This document shows positions 42,969 to 54,907 of a stretch of DNA of 64,000 nt, piece after piece; the first letter of the stretch is position 1, and each line of letters starts with the position of its first letter. The translations under genes were made by a program, and so were the position numbers. The notes beneath the pieces are model-generated. The model worked only from the letters and a program-made list of their open reading frames with translations, was not told the DNA's origin and did no database searches. Source of the stretch: Gonapodya sp. JEL0774 (lineage: Eukaryota); NCBI GenBank assembly GCA_027604505.1, contig JADIIX010000047.1, positions 62,001 through 126,000 of the forward strand, written 5' to 3'.

Positions 42969-44842
42969 ATGCCGCGAGATTGGCGATCTCCACGCCGATC
43001 TCCGTCCCCCCCGGTTCCTTCACTTGCACGTGCGCGCCGCTCTGCTGCCTCCTCCCACGATCCCGAATCGTTGCGCAAGCGTGCCCAAATCCTTGCCCGG
43101 GAGACCGAAAAGCGCAGACGGTGAGCGATCTCACTGCGATACTCTTTGAGCTGATTGCTGACATACCAAGAATGTGACTTACTCTAAATCATGCAATTGC
43201 CGGGTGAGACAGTGTCCTTCTCGCGCGCGCTCACGAAGCCCGTCTCTTGGATATCCGGGACCGAGAAGAGGCAGCGAGAGAGCGAAAGAGGATAGCTCAA
43301 GGGCGGACAGAATGGTTTCGAAACGTGCAGGAGGAGGAGAGAAGGCGGCGGGCCCTCGGACAAAGGAAACAATCGAAACAGGATGTCAACCGTTCCCCAG
43401 ACAAACAGCGCGCAAACCCCAAGCTATGTGGGACCAATGTCCCTGGGGTACAACCGACAAAGCAAAATGAAATTATTGTGGATTGCCAGTGGGTCACTCA
43501 ACCCATGGAAGTCACGGAACTAATGACCAATCCAACCACCGTTCCACCATCGCCACCGTCAACCCAACCACCTGACGAACTTCAATCCCCCCGAGCTCTT
43601 CCTTACAATGTGGACTCTAGACTGAAGCAAGTTGAAATCGGCAGACGTATCTCTGGGAGGCCGGCAATTGTGGCGGTCGACCCAACTCCGACTCCTTTCA
43701 GAAGCCGAAACCTTTCACAGCACACTAAGGAAGTGGCCAGCAGTAAAAATGCGTCACTTAAGTCTGCAGGACCGTCTCCTCTCAATAGCAACACCTCAAA
43801 TGAAACCCCGGCCTCGCATTTACCAATCCCGGCTCGACGCCTCCGCCGGTGCACCTTACGCTTAGGCTCAGCCGCCTCATTACCAGAAAAAGTTATTTCT
43901 TGCGAGTCAGCTCAACCGACATTGTCGGCTGTAGACTGGGGGGCAGAATTTCGCTTACTGTCTGGTTTCCCACCACCTCCCGTGAGGGCAAAATCTGGAC
44001 CACCGAGATTGGAACGTCAAAAGCGACATCTTGACACCGAAGGGGCTAACACTCGTGGGAAACCCACGGACATCGTTTCTCAAAGTGGTGTGCTTTTAGA
44101 CTCTCCTTGTCAACCGATCTCGTCGAACATTCCGTCCTCAGCTCTGGACAAGCTGCATAGCTCTTTGCCTTCTTCGGTCTTTCTGAGTTCCAGTTTGATA
44201 GAGAAAGTAACCTCGCCCGACTGGACAATTGGTTATCACCAGTCGGAACGCCAACCCGTGCCTCCACAAGGAATCGGACCCTCAAATAACTCGTTGCAAC
44301 GGAAGCGCCACGACCATACCTGCAACAAGTCTATACCCCCTCCGTCCATGTTTCGCACTCCCGAAAAGTCTGGTGGCTCACACACGTTTCCGCCAGCTTC
44401 GCTCACCGCGTCTCTTCCGAGTCTCCACCACAATGCCTCCTCTTCGAAAAGAGCGCACTTCAAGCCGCCACCAGAGCAGTACAGCATGACCAGGCGTAAT
44501 GTATCCCAGACAACCGCAAGCAGGATCCTCACCAGCCCTCAACCTCTGCAATATGAGCTGGATCAGCCCTTACTCCCACATTTTTTGCGAATGCCAATAT
44601 TATATGAACAGAGCGCACGCGCGTCTGTCTCACTGCCAGTTTGCTCACCCCACTCACAGATGAACCAACGACAAGGTACTATATGGATAGAAGATCCAAT
44701 GACACTAGGATGGGACAGCTTCCCACCTCCTGCGTCTGAGGTTCCAGTGCCACACCCACATCCCACACAAAATGGTAGTTTTAGGGCACACCAGAAGAAC
44801 TGGAGACCTCACAACTGGGGCTCTGCAGGGGTTATGGTATAA
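42969..44842 (+). CDS. Hypothetical protein with a CEP126/KIAA1377-like N-terminal coiled coil and a disordered tail (2 exons)
   Basis: Splicing 43120 to 43213 gives SLRKRAQILARETEKRRRVLLARAHEARLLDIRDREEAARERKRIAQGRTEWFR, matching from memory the RxRA...ExxRRxxA...RE...RK...TExF pattern of CEP126. Confidence 0.45.
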
Positions 44843-45016
44843 ATTCAATAGCTCTCATTTATGTTTTCATGACGGATATCCAATGCCATAAATTTATTCA
44901 GGTGTCTGCGTCTGTCGTGGCTTCACTACATGTTCCTGAGGAGGAGGACACTGGAAACAGCGACGGAACTGCGAATCACCGAGTGATGGACTGATGAAAA
45001 TAGCATCAAAATTCCA

Positions 45017-46415
45017 ATGATTGAAGGAAAAACGATCGCCGAAGAAAAGGCAAACGACTGGAGTCGTCCAGACACCCCAGAAGAGGGAGAGCTATCGGAC
45101 CCGGGTACTGATGTCTCAGAGAGCTTCAAGAGAGTAGAACCAGAATACGTCCATCGATACGATCCTCCGTCGGGTTATACGCTCACGACGGATGGCCGAT
45201 ATTACACGGACAAAAACGGATTTTACTACTTCGACACCTACACGTGCACCTATTCCTACTATGATGCAGCAACGGGAGGGTATATTACTCTTCAAAACAC
45301 TGTGACCACTGAGAACCCGGTGGACTCGCCCACCGCAGAGCCCACCGCAGAAATTGAGGATAACGACGACGCACCCTCGTGTCCACCCCTCCGGCTCATC
45401 GTTCGCTCTAGTGGTGTCCTTGAGCGGCGTGCTGTCATTAACGTAGAGAATCAAATGAGTTTCGGAAGGGATCGCTGGGATCGAAGGGTCCGACTGAAAG
45501 AGATGGCGGTGAGCGACGCGAGGGTGGAGCATTGGCGTTTCTCGATTTGACGCACTGAAGAAGGCTATGTTGTTTTTGTGTCTGGGAGAGGCGTTTGTAT
45601 CCTACAGGGTGAAGGGGAGTCGGAATGTGGTGAAAATCCTCATTCCTTGCGTTTCCACCCTTCAACAGGTCTCCAAGTTCCATTGTTCAATTTTTTTCTC
45701 AGAAGACCTTCTCCCTCAACCGGATATCCTGGCTGCCCTGAGCTCTGCATCCAGTCAAACTCAGAACACCAAATCCGGTTATAAAGCACCCTCTCCTTAC
45801 TCTCTCATCGATCACGGATCAACACACGGAACTTTTCTCAACGGCACTCGTATAAGCGCTGCAAAGACGGCGTCAATTCCTGTCCGACTCTCGCATGGGG
45901 ACATTATCGAAGTCGGTTCCACCGAATTCCTGGTTCACTGGCATGGTTATGCAGCGAATGCAGGTTGCAGCAAGTGTGCTGGGGAGGGCATTAAGATCGT
46001 TGAGCCAGAAGAGGCGACTGCAAAGGTAGCAGGGGGGGGAGCCAGTCGCAGCGGTTCGTCTCGGCGAGACGCTCGTCTGGACAAAACACGAAGAGCGTAC
46101 AAACCAGCCCGTGGAGAGTCGCCTGGCAAAACAAACTGGCCTGGAGTGGCGGTAGATGGCCGATCCGCACTGCCCACCTCTGCCGGTCCCCATTCATCAT
46201 CACCCAATTCCTCTCAACCTGGGAAATACGTAGACCGTGCTCGGTTGCGACGTGAATTGCACCCGGAGGACTCTGCTTATATGAGGCAAGTGGAAGAAGA
46301 GAAGCGGCGACTCCGTGAAGCGGTGATGGGAAGCGGGGACGACGAATCGCGAACTCCCGAACAAACTGTCGTGGTGCAAACGCGGATAGGCCTGGGCTTC
46401 GGTCGCGATTTATGA
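45017..46415 (+). CDS. AGGF1-like protein: OCRE (Tyr-rich) + FHA domain + degenerate G-patch-like end
   Basis: GRYYTDKNGFYYFDTYTCTYSYYD (OCRE-like); FGRDR...EMA-VSKFH...LIDHGSTHGTFLNG (FHA); YVDRARLRRE; C-terminal RIGLGFG. Confidence 0.75.
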
Positions 46416-46506
46416 AATATATTCAGAAATATCAGTATTTGATGGTAATGCAGTGGAATCATGTATAATGTTACGTCAAATCATGGCAGGTCATTTTGCA
46501 GAACGA

Positions 46507-49184
46507 TCACGTCTCCCCAACCACCGGCTGATCCTTTTTGTGCTTATTCAAGAAGTCTTTCAGCGACGCAGGCATATAGTACGGCCTTTGCGAGGAGCCA
46601 TCGTTTCTCTCTGAGTCTTCGCCTGGAAAGAGGAAGGGGGAGCTCAGTCAGAATAAGAAAGCAAAAATGTGAACGTCAGCCGATTTCTCACAGAAGCACA
46701 CAAAGAGAGTATCAACCGTCATATCAAAAACGCTAAAGAAACCGGAGGCGATGAAGTATGCGGAAATGAAAATGATCTGTTCGGGGATGGTGTTAATCAA
46801 AAGTGCAACCCTGTTACGCTCCTAAAGTCATCGAGTTTCGTGCTCTCACCAACAGCGGCACCGCATACACATCGGAATTGCCAACGGAATTCCGCACGAG
46901 AATCCACACTCCAAACACAGTCGTCGCACTTGCCACCGCAATCTTTCCGAGGAACACGATCAAGGCGGTGATTCCATCCACAACGACCAGCCTGTTTGGG
47001 AAGCATCGTTCACGCAACGCTTTTAATTCCCAAGTGCATGCTGCGCCGTGTGAGGAAATACGCACCTGAAAGCGTTCCGGAGGATCAAATCCCACGCTGC
47101 TTCGGCACTCACGCAGTAGCTCTTTCCATACACAGCAATCTCGACATACGCCCTCACGTTGACCACCTTTACGATTTTCTCGATCACAGCACAACAACAT
47201 TGCAAGCAGCATACAATGTACTGAGCGATCTTGTTCTGCGACTTTTTCGCGTCTGCGTAGAGTTTGGCCAGCACGAGCCGAACGAGCGACAAAAGAGCGA
47301 GCACGAGAGATCCGATCGCAGCCGAGCCGAGGGAGTATCGGGTGCAGCGTGAGAGGGATTGTAGGAAGGTGAACGTTGGTAACTGCGATTTGTCCCGGGT
47401 CCAGTACCACGTTGAGATGGCTCCGGCGACTGTGATTTGTCCGATCGCAAGAACTTCAGAAAATAATTATGATGTTTTGAGCTCATTGGCCGTTTGAGAG
47501 TGTCCTCTTTTGCCAAGCTCACCGAAATACGTCAACCAAAACATTCCCAGAACATAGTAAATTTCGAACCACCTGAGAACCCTGTTTGCACAACGATTTG
47601 GGAACAAAACACATCGTCTGATTTTGCTCTCTTTACACACACGCACAGTTTCAACCTTTCCGAACTCACGTGCTTGGTTGGAACACCTTAGAGTACCCCT
47701 TGGTGACTCCACTTGCGAGGTCCTGAGCGGTCACTGCGATAACATCACCCGACGTGGAGAGGAGAGCGTAAATCCATATGCACCACGCGCATATGCCAAC
47801 GAGGAGTATGTATTTGAAGACGGGCCAGACGAGACACATGGGGACGGCGCGGAGAGCTCTGAGGAAAACAAGAAAAGAATTCGATGCATACCTCCGTTGT
47901 GAATGAGAAAAATGAACAACTCACTTTGCGGCCTCTTGGATTAAGTTGACTGCGAGGCCGATCCTCTTTCGTGCCCATACCAATAAGAAAAACAGGACAA
48001 ACGCGACCACCGCGCACGCAATCGCCAGCGCGAGCAGCAAGTTTTGATTGTACACGTTCGATCTGACAAAGTCCTGTACCTTGTACGAGAGTTGATCGTT
48101 GGCTGCGATGCCGACGATGGGCCAGGATCGACCCTGGACGTACACCTGGTAGTAGGCCCAGCCGAGGTATCCCGCGATCGCGGTCACAAGGCCTTGGCCC
48201 GCTAAGATGGTCATCCATACGAATGCGGACGTGAAAAGCTGCATGATGACGAGCCAGACGAATGAGATGCCGATTGCGACTCCGGCGGAGCTGTGTTAGT
48301 GAGTGTGAAATGGGATAGTTTGAAAAGGGGAAAGTAATTTGCAGAGTGAGGTTAAAGTCACAGCTCACATGAGAATGTACTTCCAGGTCAGTTGGATATC
48401 CTGGAATATGATTGCCACTGTTTCCCTGGCGCTTAAGTCGACAAACACTGCTTGGTACAGGGCATCACTTGAGGATGAGTTGGATGCAGATGCTGGTACG
48501 GTGATATTCATAAAAGCAAGTGCTTGGATGATTGCAGAGATGTCCGAAGGAACGCAACGGTTCAATACTGTAAATCGCAGGGGAGGTGATGGTGACGTTG
48601 AGGAACCCCATGGCGTTGCAACGTCGAGAACGTCTCCCCCACAGAAAATGCAAACGCACCAGAGGTAGTGCTGTACATGGGGAAGCATTTGCCAGTGGCA
48701 ACTTGTTGCAGTCTTGCACTGTTGTCAGAACCTGGTGTCACACCGTACGCGCAAATGATGTTGGCCAGCCCGATGGGAGATATCGGATCCACACAGCTCT
48801 CCACACATTGACGAGGTGTCGAAAAATTTGCAGGGTTCCAGTAATAGAGGTTCGGTTTGGACGTCATGTCGGTAGAGCCAGAGTTTGTGCCGCACAGGTT
48901 GCCCGCAGAATCGTAGCCGTACCGTAACCTGTCAAAACGGCGCGATTCCCGCCCCAGAACCGACGTAGGATGGTGACGAATCGATGATTGTATTGAAATA
49001 CGATGTGATGAATTTCGCACCTGTTCAAATCCCCTTTCTGGATCGCGACGATTCCGATTGCAACCATGCCCCCGATGAAGAGGATGAAGAGGAGCAGCCA
49101 AAAGATGTCCTGGCATCTTCTGCCCTTCTTCTGGACTCCAGGATCTGTATCATACTGCGGCTTTTCGTCTCCAACACGCGGCAT
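46507..49184 (-). CDS. Choline transporter-like protein (CTL/SLC44/Pns1 family); multi-exon
   Basis: RRCQDIFWLLLFILF, YGYDSAGNLCG, RKRIGLAVNLIQEAAK, AYVEIAVYGKSYCVSA, DTLFVCFCEDSERNDGS..RPYYM. Confidence 0.9.
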
Positions 49185-49318
49185 CTTTTCTGCTCGGATC
49201 ACTCGATATTTTCGATGTGGCTCATCACATAACTGCTGTGGCCTCGCCCCGGGCGCACATCGCCCCACCAACCCCACTCGTTTCTTCTGTTGTCTTCAGG
49301 TCCAGAATCAAAAATTCA

Positions 49319-50302
49319 ATGAACTCGTTTGAAACTCTCGAGGCGCTCAGAAATCTGCTGGTGCCCGAGGAAGCGGCGTCAAACCCGAAACCGCCATCGC
49401 GAAGAGCTGCGGTGCGTTGCCCGATATTGAAGACCTTGAGCGCCCCGCCCTCCATCGCTCACCTAATCCCCCATCCACCAACCTCTTACACCCCAATTTT
49501 CTCACGCATAACCCAAAAGAATCCCAACGCCCATCTCTCCCCGGCTTCCATCGGCCCCCCGTCCTCCCCCGCCTCCAGAAGCAGCACCTCGTCGAAGAAA
49601 TCCAAACGGGACATTCGACAGGATATGAGCATATGGGATGACGATGAGATCGAAGATGTGGTCGATGCGGTGAAGGACGAGGTGCTTTTGGATCCGAGGG
49701 AGAGGCCGACGTGAGCTGCGGCGGTCTTTTTGCTGGTTGAGTCGTCACCGACACTCATCTCCTACTGTCTCGTCGGTTGTTTTTCGGTTTTTGTACTAAA
49801 AAGCTATGATATTCGATACAGGCAGAATGTGGACAGTGCGGACGTCTTCTTGGGCATGTCGGGCAAGGCCAACTCGTCCATGCACGCAGACGAAATGGTG
49901 GTGGAGGTAGACTTGCCGGCCGTGCAAGCCGTCAAGGAGCTCGAGATTGAGGTGCAAGATACGCTCGTTGACATCCGATCGCAGAAATAGTGAGTTATTG
50001 CTGTTGGTGTTGCCGTCTCTCTGCGTGGTTCTGTTCCCACCAATACCCCTTACGCCGTATGTGGTGCGCAAAACACAAAACATGTACCAATCGACCCCTC
50101 AATGCCTGCCCACCACCCACCTCCCTGCTCCCCCCCCCTCTCCCGGCCCCCCCCCCTGCCCCCCCTCCCTTCCCCCCCTCTCTCCGCCAGCCGCCTTCAT
50201 CTCCCCCTCCCAAAGCCCGTCGACGACAAGTCCGCCAAAGCGCGATGGGACACCGGAAAACACGTACTCTCCATCTCACTTCGCATCAAGCCAGAGTTCT
50301 AA
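49319..50302 (+). CDS. PIH1D3: Dynein axonemal assembly factor PIH1D3/DNAAF6
   Basis: ALRNLL, SPASIGP, IWDDDEI, DPRERP-YDIRYRQNVDSADVFLGM, LHLPLPKPVDDKSAKARWD...LSISL. Confidence 0.88.
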
Positions 50303-50431
50303 GGAGTCACGAACAACGCCGCACATGCACATAGTACCAACGTACCACACGGGCATGTATATGTACCCACACCCACACGCGCATATTGCATTACATACAT
50401 AACATGACCAACCTAAGCAATCCAATTGTTC

Positions 50432-52657
50432 TCAAAACGTGATGATCTCCACCGCCAACCCGCACACGCTACACTCCCTCTTTCCGTCTTCCCGCGGGGG
50501 TCCGTACACGTGGTCGTGCCGGCTGGACTCGGCCAGGTTGCGAGCCCAGGTTGCGGTGCGGGTTTTTTTGCGGAGGTCTGTGGGAGTGGGGGGGGGGGCG
50601 CGGGGGTTGGGTTGAAGGTTTGGTAAGGGTGTGAATGGAAAACGGTAGGTGAAAAGGTGCAATTAATACAAGCGTCATCAAGATGCTCGCGAGGCTCTTT
50701 GGGGGGGGAGGGGGGGAGTTTGGCGGCGATGGACGGCTTGTTCCACCAGGGTGTGCGCTGTTCTGCAGGTCCGCCATTCCGCCAATCCGCCATTCTGCCA
50801 ATATCTACTCCACCGGTTCCCCGTCCTTGCCCTCGGTCCCCATTCCCCGTGAGACCCACCACCAACCCACTCGCCCCCCCTCCCCCCTTCTTGCGCACAC
50901 GTCCAACCCACCGTTCAACTTCTGCGTAAACACCTGTTCCTTCTTCGTCTTCTTTTGCGCGTCACGGCGTTCGAATTCCCTGTCCAGGTTCTCCTCCGAC
51001 CCCCACTTCTCCCACGCGAAGGCTTCCACCTGTTCACGGAGGTAGAGGAACATGTTGGACCAGGTGTTTTTGCTGGTCGTGGAGGTGGGGGAAGCGGGTG
51101 GGTGAGGGAGTATGGTTGAGAGGACCGAACGGGCGAAAGAGGGAAGGTGGGTGGGTCGGGGCACTTACTGGGGGTTGGGTTTCTCCCATGTGGGGAGTTT
51201 TTCAGAGTCTCGGAGTTCACCTGGTGACGATTACGATAACCAAAGAGGTAAACCAACGGAGGAATCGCCAACGGTCTTGGTAAACTACCATTGTCACAGC
51301 TTGGGAAGCGGCATGTGCAACACGGTGTGACCCAGCTATCCGAATAGCAGACCTCATCACCTCGGAATTCAATCTTCCAAGCCTCGCGATCTTGTTCGAG
51401 CCCACGCCTATGCCGTGCCCTCATTCCGGCCTTGGCACCCCACCCGTTTGACCGCTCACCCCATCGGCCGAACCACAAAGCCACCCCTCGCCCGCAACCC
51501 CCCCCCCCCAGCCACAACCCAAACCAACTCACTCTCGGTCAGCAAGTAATCCTCCCTACACTCTGTCTTTGTTAGCAAGCTGTACTTTTCTGGTTTGGCC
51601 TTTTTACAGTTCCTGCACACATTGAGGTGGAAGAAGCGCTGGATGATCTTGTCGAGTTCCAGGGAGCCACAGTCCCTACAGCGGGGGTTCTCCGAGAGGG
51701 GAAGCTGGATGGCTTGGAGCGGAGGGGTGGGGCGGGGGAGAAGATGAATAGGGGAATACAGGGATGGATCAGATGTGGGAGTTTGATGTGGTGGGAATTC
51801 CGAGATGCGGGTACCAATTATTCAAAAGAAGACCTCCAGCCAACTTCCACAAACATCATCAAGGGGGACGGGTGAGTAAGAAAGGTTTTCGGCGTTGTGG
51901 AGGGTTTCACCATTACGTTCCTCAATCTGTGTCAAAACACTCGAGCTCCAACCCTTCCCACATCCTGCAGAACCCGCCCAATCCCTCCCACTCCACGAGC
52001 CCCGACACCCTCGAACCGTCTGAGCCCTCACGACCGCGCCCAACTCAACTCACGCGGATCATCGACCACCTCCCTGTCCATCAACCTCGCCCTCTTCGCA
52101 GCGTGGAGGGCCAAGGCATCGTCCACTGCCGACGTCGCCGACGAGCCAGCCACTCCTGCACCAGCGGGCAGTCCACTGGCCTCGCCCCCGCCACCGCCGA
52201 GGTCAGACTCGACCAAGAACCCTCCCTTGGTGTCGACCATTTCCGTGAAGTTGTACTCGTAGTAGGACATATACTGGCGCTTGGACCTGCGAGAGGCATT
52301 TGGGCGGGGTGGTGCGGGGTTGGGTGATGGTGTGGGAGGTGCTGCTGGTGCGGGTGTGGGGTGTGCAGGTGGGGTGTGGTGTGTCGAGGTTGAGTTGGCC
52401 GTCCCAGTCGCGGCACCTGCTGCATCGGATCGTAGCACACCAGGTGGCTGAGATCGTGTCTGTGTATCTATCTGTGAAACTTCCCGTCCTCCTTCTCCTC
52501 CTTCCCCTCGTTGTGGTTCCCCTTCCCGTTGGCGCTGAGCAACCCTCGCAGCCCGCACGTCGAGCGCTCGAAGACGCTTTTCCTCGATAGCGGAGAGTTG
52601 CGAGGGCGTTAGTGGCGTGGGACGGGGTGCGGTGTCGGGTGGAGGTGGGGTGGTCAT
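50432..52657 (-). CDS. RAD14: Nucleotide excision repair protein Rad14/XPA; multi-exon
   Basis: IEEKRLRAL, YYEYNFTEMVDTKGGFL, zinc finger CRDC...CRNC, KYSLLTKTECREDYLLT, MFLYLREQVEAFAWEKWGS, C-terminal HDHVYG...CSVCG. Confidence 0.95.
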
Positions 52658-52697
52658 TTTGGAGCCCCGATGGATCGTCGTGCCCTCGAGGACAATC

Positions 52698-52800
52698 TTC
52701 GCATTCATTCACGGACATCACACCCCGAAGTCCCCAATTCTCGACCGGTCATTCGAGCGGAACACAACAGTTACTCAAGAAATTCATCCCGGACACGATA
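52698..52800 (+). repeat. Diverged direct repeat, copy A (RAD14 5'UTR/promoter)
   Basis: TTCGCA..ATTCACGGACATCA..ACCCCGAAGT..AATTCTCGACCGGTCATTCGAGCGGAACACAA..CAAGAAA..ATCCCGGAC aligns with copy B. Confidence 0.8.
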
Positions 52801-53352
52801 AAATAAAATGAATTGTTCCAAATTTGATGAAGGAACTCCCATGAAGTTCTTTGATGCCATGCGACACATCCTCATCTTTGATCGTCGTCACAGCACACAT
52901 CATTCCCGTCCTTGTACAGCCGCTCGGTCTGTGACAATTCCCACTCGCCAGGATACTCAGGGTACACAAATTCATGTTTGTACCGGGGCGACGTGTGAGC
53001 CATCAGCAATTTGGGGGAATGGTAAAACAAACATTCGCAAGTAATTCCGACTCTGCGATTGTACTAGATTTTTGAGCCGGTAACAAAGAAAGCAGTTTTG
53101 AAAACATGTGGTAGGATCAAGCTCACATAGATAATCTGTTGCTTCTACTGCTAGGATGACTGACATAAATTGTATCGCTCGAAGTGGATGTTCGTGCAAT
53201 TTCCAGGTGGATCATAAAACGAATACATGGCAAATTAAAGGCACCGTACTCCCCCACAACGCGAAGCACTTGTCCGTCCGATGTCGATTAAATCATCCAT
53301 ATTCGACACAACCCTATTTACATGTGATAAGCTCGCCCTCGCACAAGAAAAT

Positions 53353-54250
53353 TCACAAAGCTCCGCTCGCCCTGAAGAACCCATACCGCGGTTTGTCCGC
53401 CGTCAGCCCCAAATCCACCACCGGACACCCCGCACGTACGAGCTCCTCCTTCCTGCGTGCACTGGGCGTCGCAAATGTGATATCTTCCCAGAGCGCAACA
53501 TTTCCAAACGCAGGGTGGTCGAGCACACGGTCAATGTACGCAAAGGCGTTTGGCCACTTGGAGGGGTCCAAGAGCGCCTCTCCTCGACCCCACCTCAGGT
53601 TCCGGAAGAAGGCGCACAGAGCCACCTCGGGCACTAACGGGTCTTTTGTTCCAAACATGAATCCACCGCGATCCTGCATCCCTGGTGTTCCCTGGAGGAG
53701 TCCTTCGATGTACGTCAGCACGTCTGGGATGTCCACCTGCTCCGCCTTTCGTACTCGCTCCGGGTCGGGCTTCTCTCCAAACGTGACCACCCTTAAAACT
53801 CTTTGCGCGAAATAAGACCATGTCACGGCGTCCCCGACCCTCGTGTCTGCGTACTCCTCGATCCACCGAGCACGGGCACGGGCCTTGGGGTCTGTCACAG
53901 GCGGATAAAGTGGTGGGCCTTCGGGAAAGGCCTCAGAGATGTACTCGCAGATTGCAGTAGAGTCGCAAACCGTGAAATCGCCGTGGATGAGGACCGGTAT
54001 TCGCCTGACGGGCGAAAGCTTTGTGAAAGCGTTGTTTCCCATCCATGGACTGAGCATGCTGCAGGGTAGATGATCCATTTCAATACAACATCTGATCGAG
54101 CAAATCGGGGTGCACCTTCATAAGAGGATGATCGGAGTATACGTACTCGACTTCCCACTTGATTCCCTTGAGATTCAGAGCATAAACGACCTTGCGGACG
54201 TAGGGGCTCAACAAGGAGCCGACGATGATCACTTTTGGTTTTTCGGACAT
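53353..54250 (-). CDS. Glutathione S-transferase, bacterial-type sequence; one intron (54059-54146)
   Basis: IVGSLLSPYVRKV, LSPVRRIPVL, CDSTAICEYI, RARARWIEEYADTR, FFRN, KWPNAFAYIDRVLDHPAF. Confidence 0.92.
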
Positions 54251-54571
54251 GCCCGGAAGCGAGGCAACGTTACTTGGACGAGTCGGTGACGGGCGTAGGT
54301 GACGGTCGGCGCCCAAGTGCGGATCAAGGGAGAGAAAACGTCCGGTGATAGACTTTCGATGTGTACGGATCTTGCCGAGAAGGAATTGCGGAGGGCGCGG
54401 GGAACTTTCGGTGCCGATAAGGTCCTTTGCAACCGAAAAGTCGATTCCGGCCTATGTGTACCTCTTGTTTGGTTCCGGCTTGTCAGTCAAACCACAGCAA
54501 GTAAAATGAAATATGTACAATCCGCGTCATCACAGCTGATTTGAAGAGAGATAATCCTGCCAGAAGTTTGT

Positions 54572-54710
54572 TCGCAATTCACAGACATCATGATCACTTT
54601 ACCCCAAAGTTTAGAAAACCCGACCCCGCCGTGGGGGGAATTCTCGAGCGGTCATTCGAGTGGAACCCAAACGGGGGTTGTTCCAAGAAACAATTAATCC
54701 TGGACGATAC
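54572..54710 (+). repeat. Diverged direct repeat, copy B (upstream of the GST)
   Basis: TTCGCAATTCACAGACATCA..ACCCCAAAGT..AATTCTCGAGCGGTCATTCGAGTGGAACCCAA..CAAGAAA..ATCCTGGAC. Confidence 0.8.
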
Positions 54711-54907
54711 TTTGTTTTCACAAATAGAGTACGTTAAGTGCACGTTGGGGTGTCGCCCCTGTATTGTTGAATTCACCACACACAAGAGGGCAGTCCACCA
54801 ACCAAACTCAAGCTCAAACCACCTCCACCTCTACAAATCGCAATCCACATGCTGCTCCCCGTTTTCAACCCACTGCCCCACTCCCCCACTCCCACACCAC
54901 TCCATAT

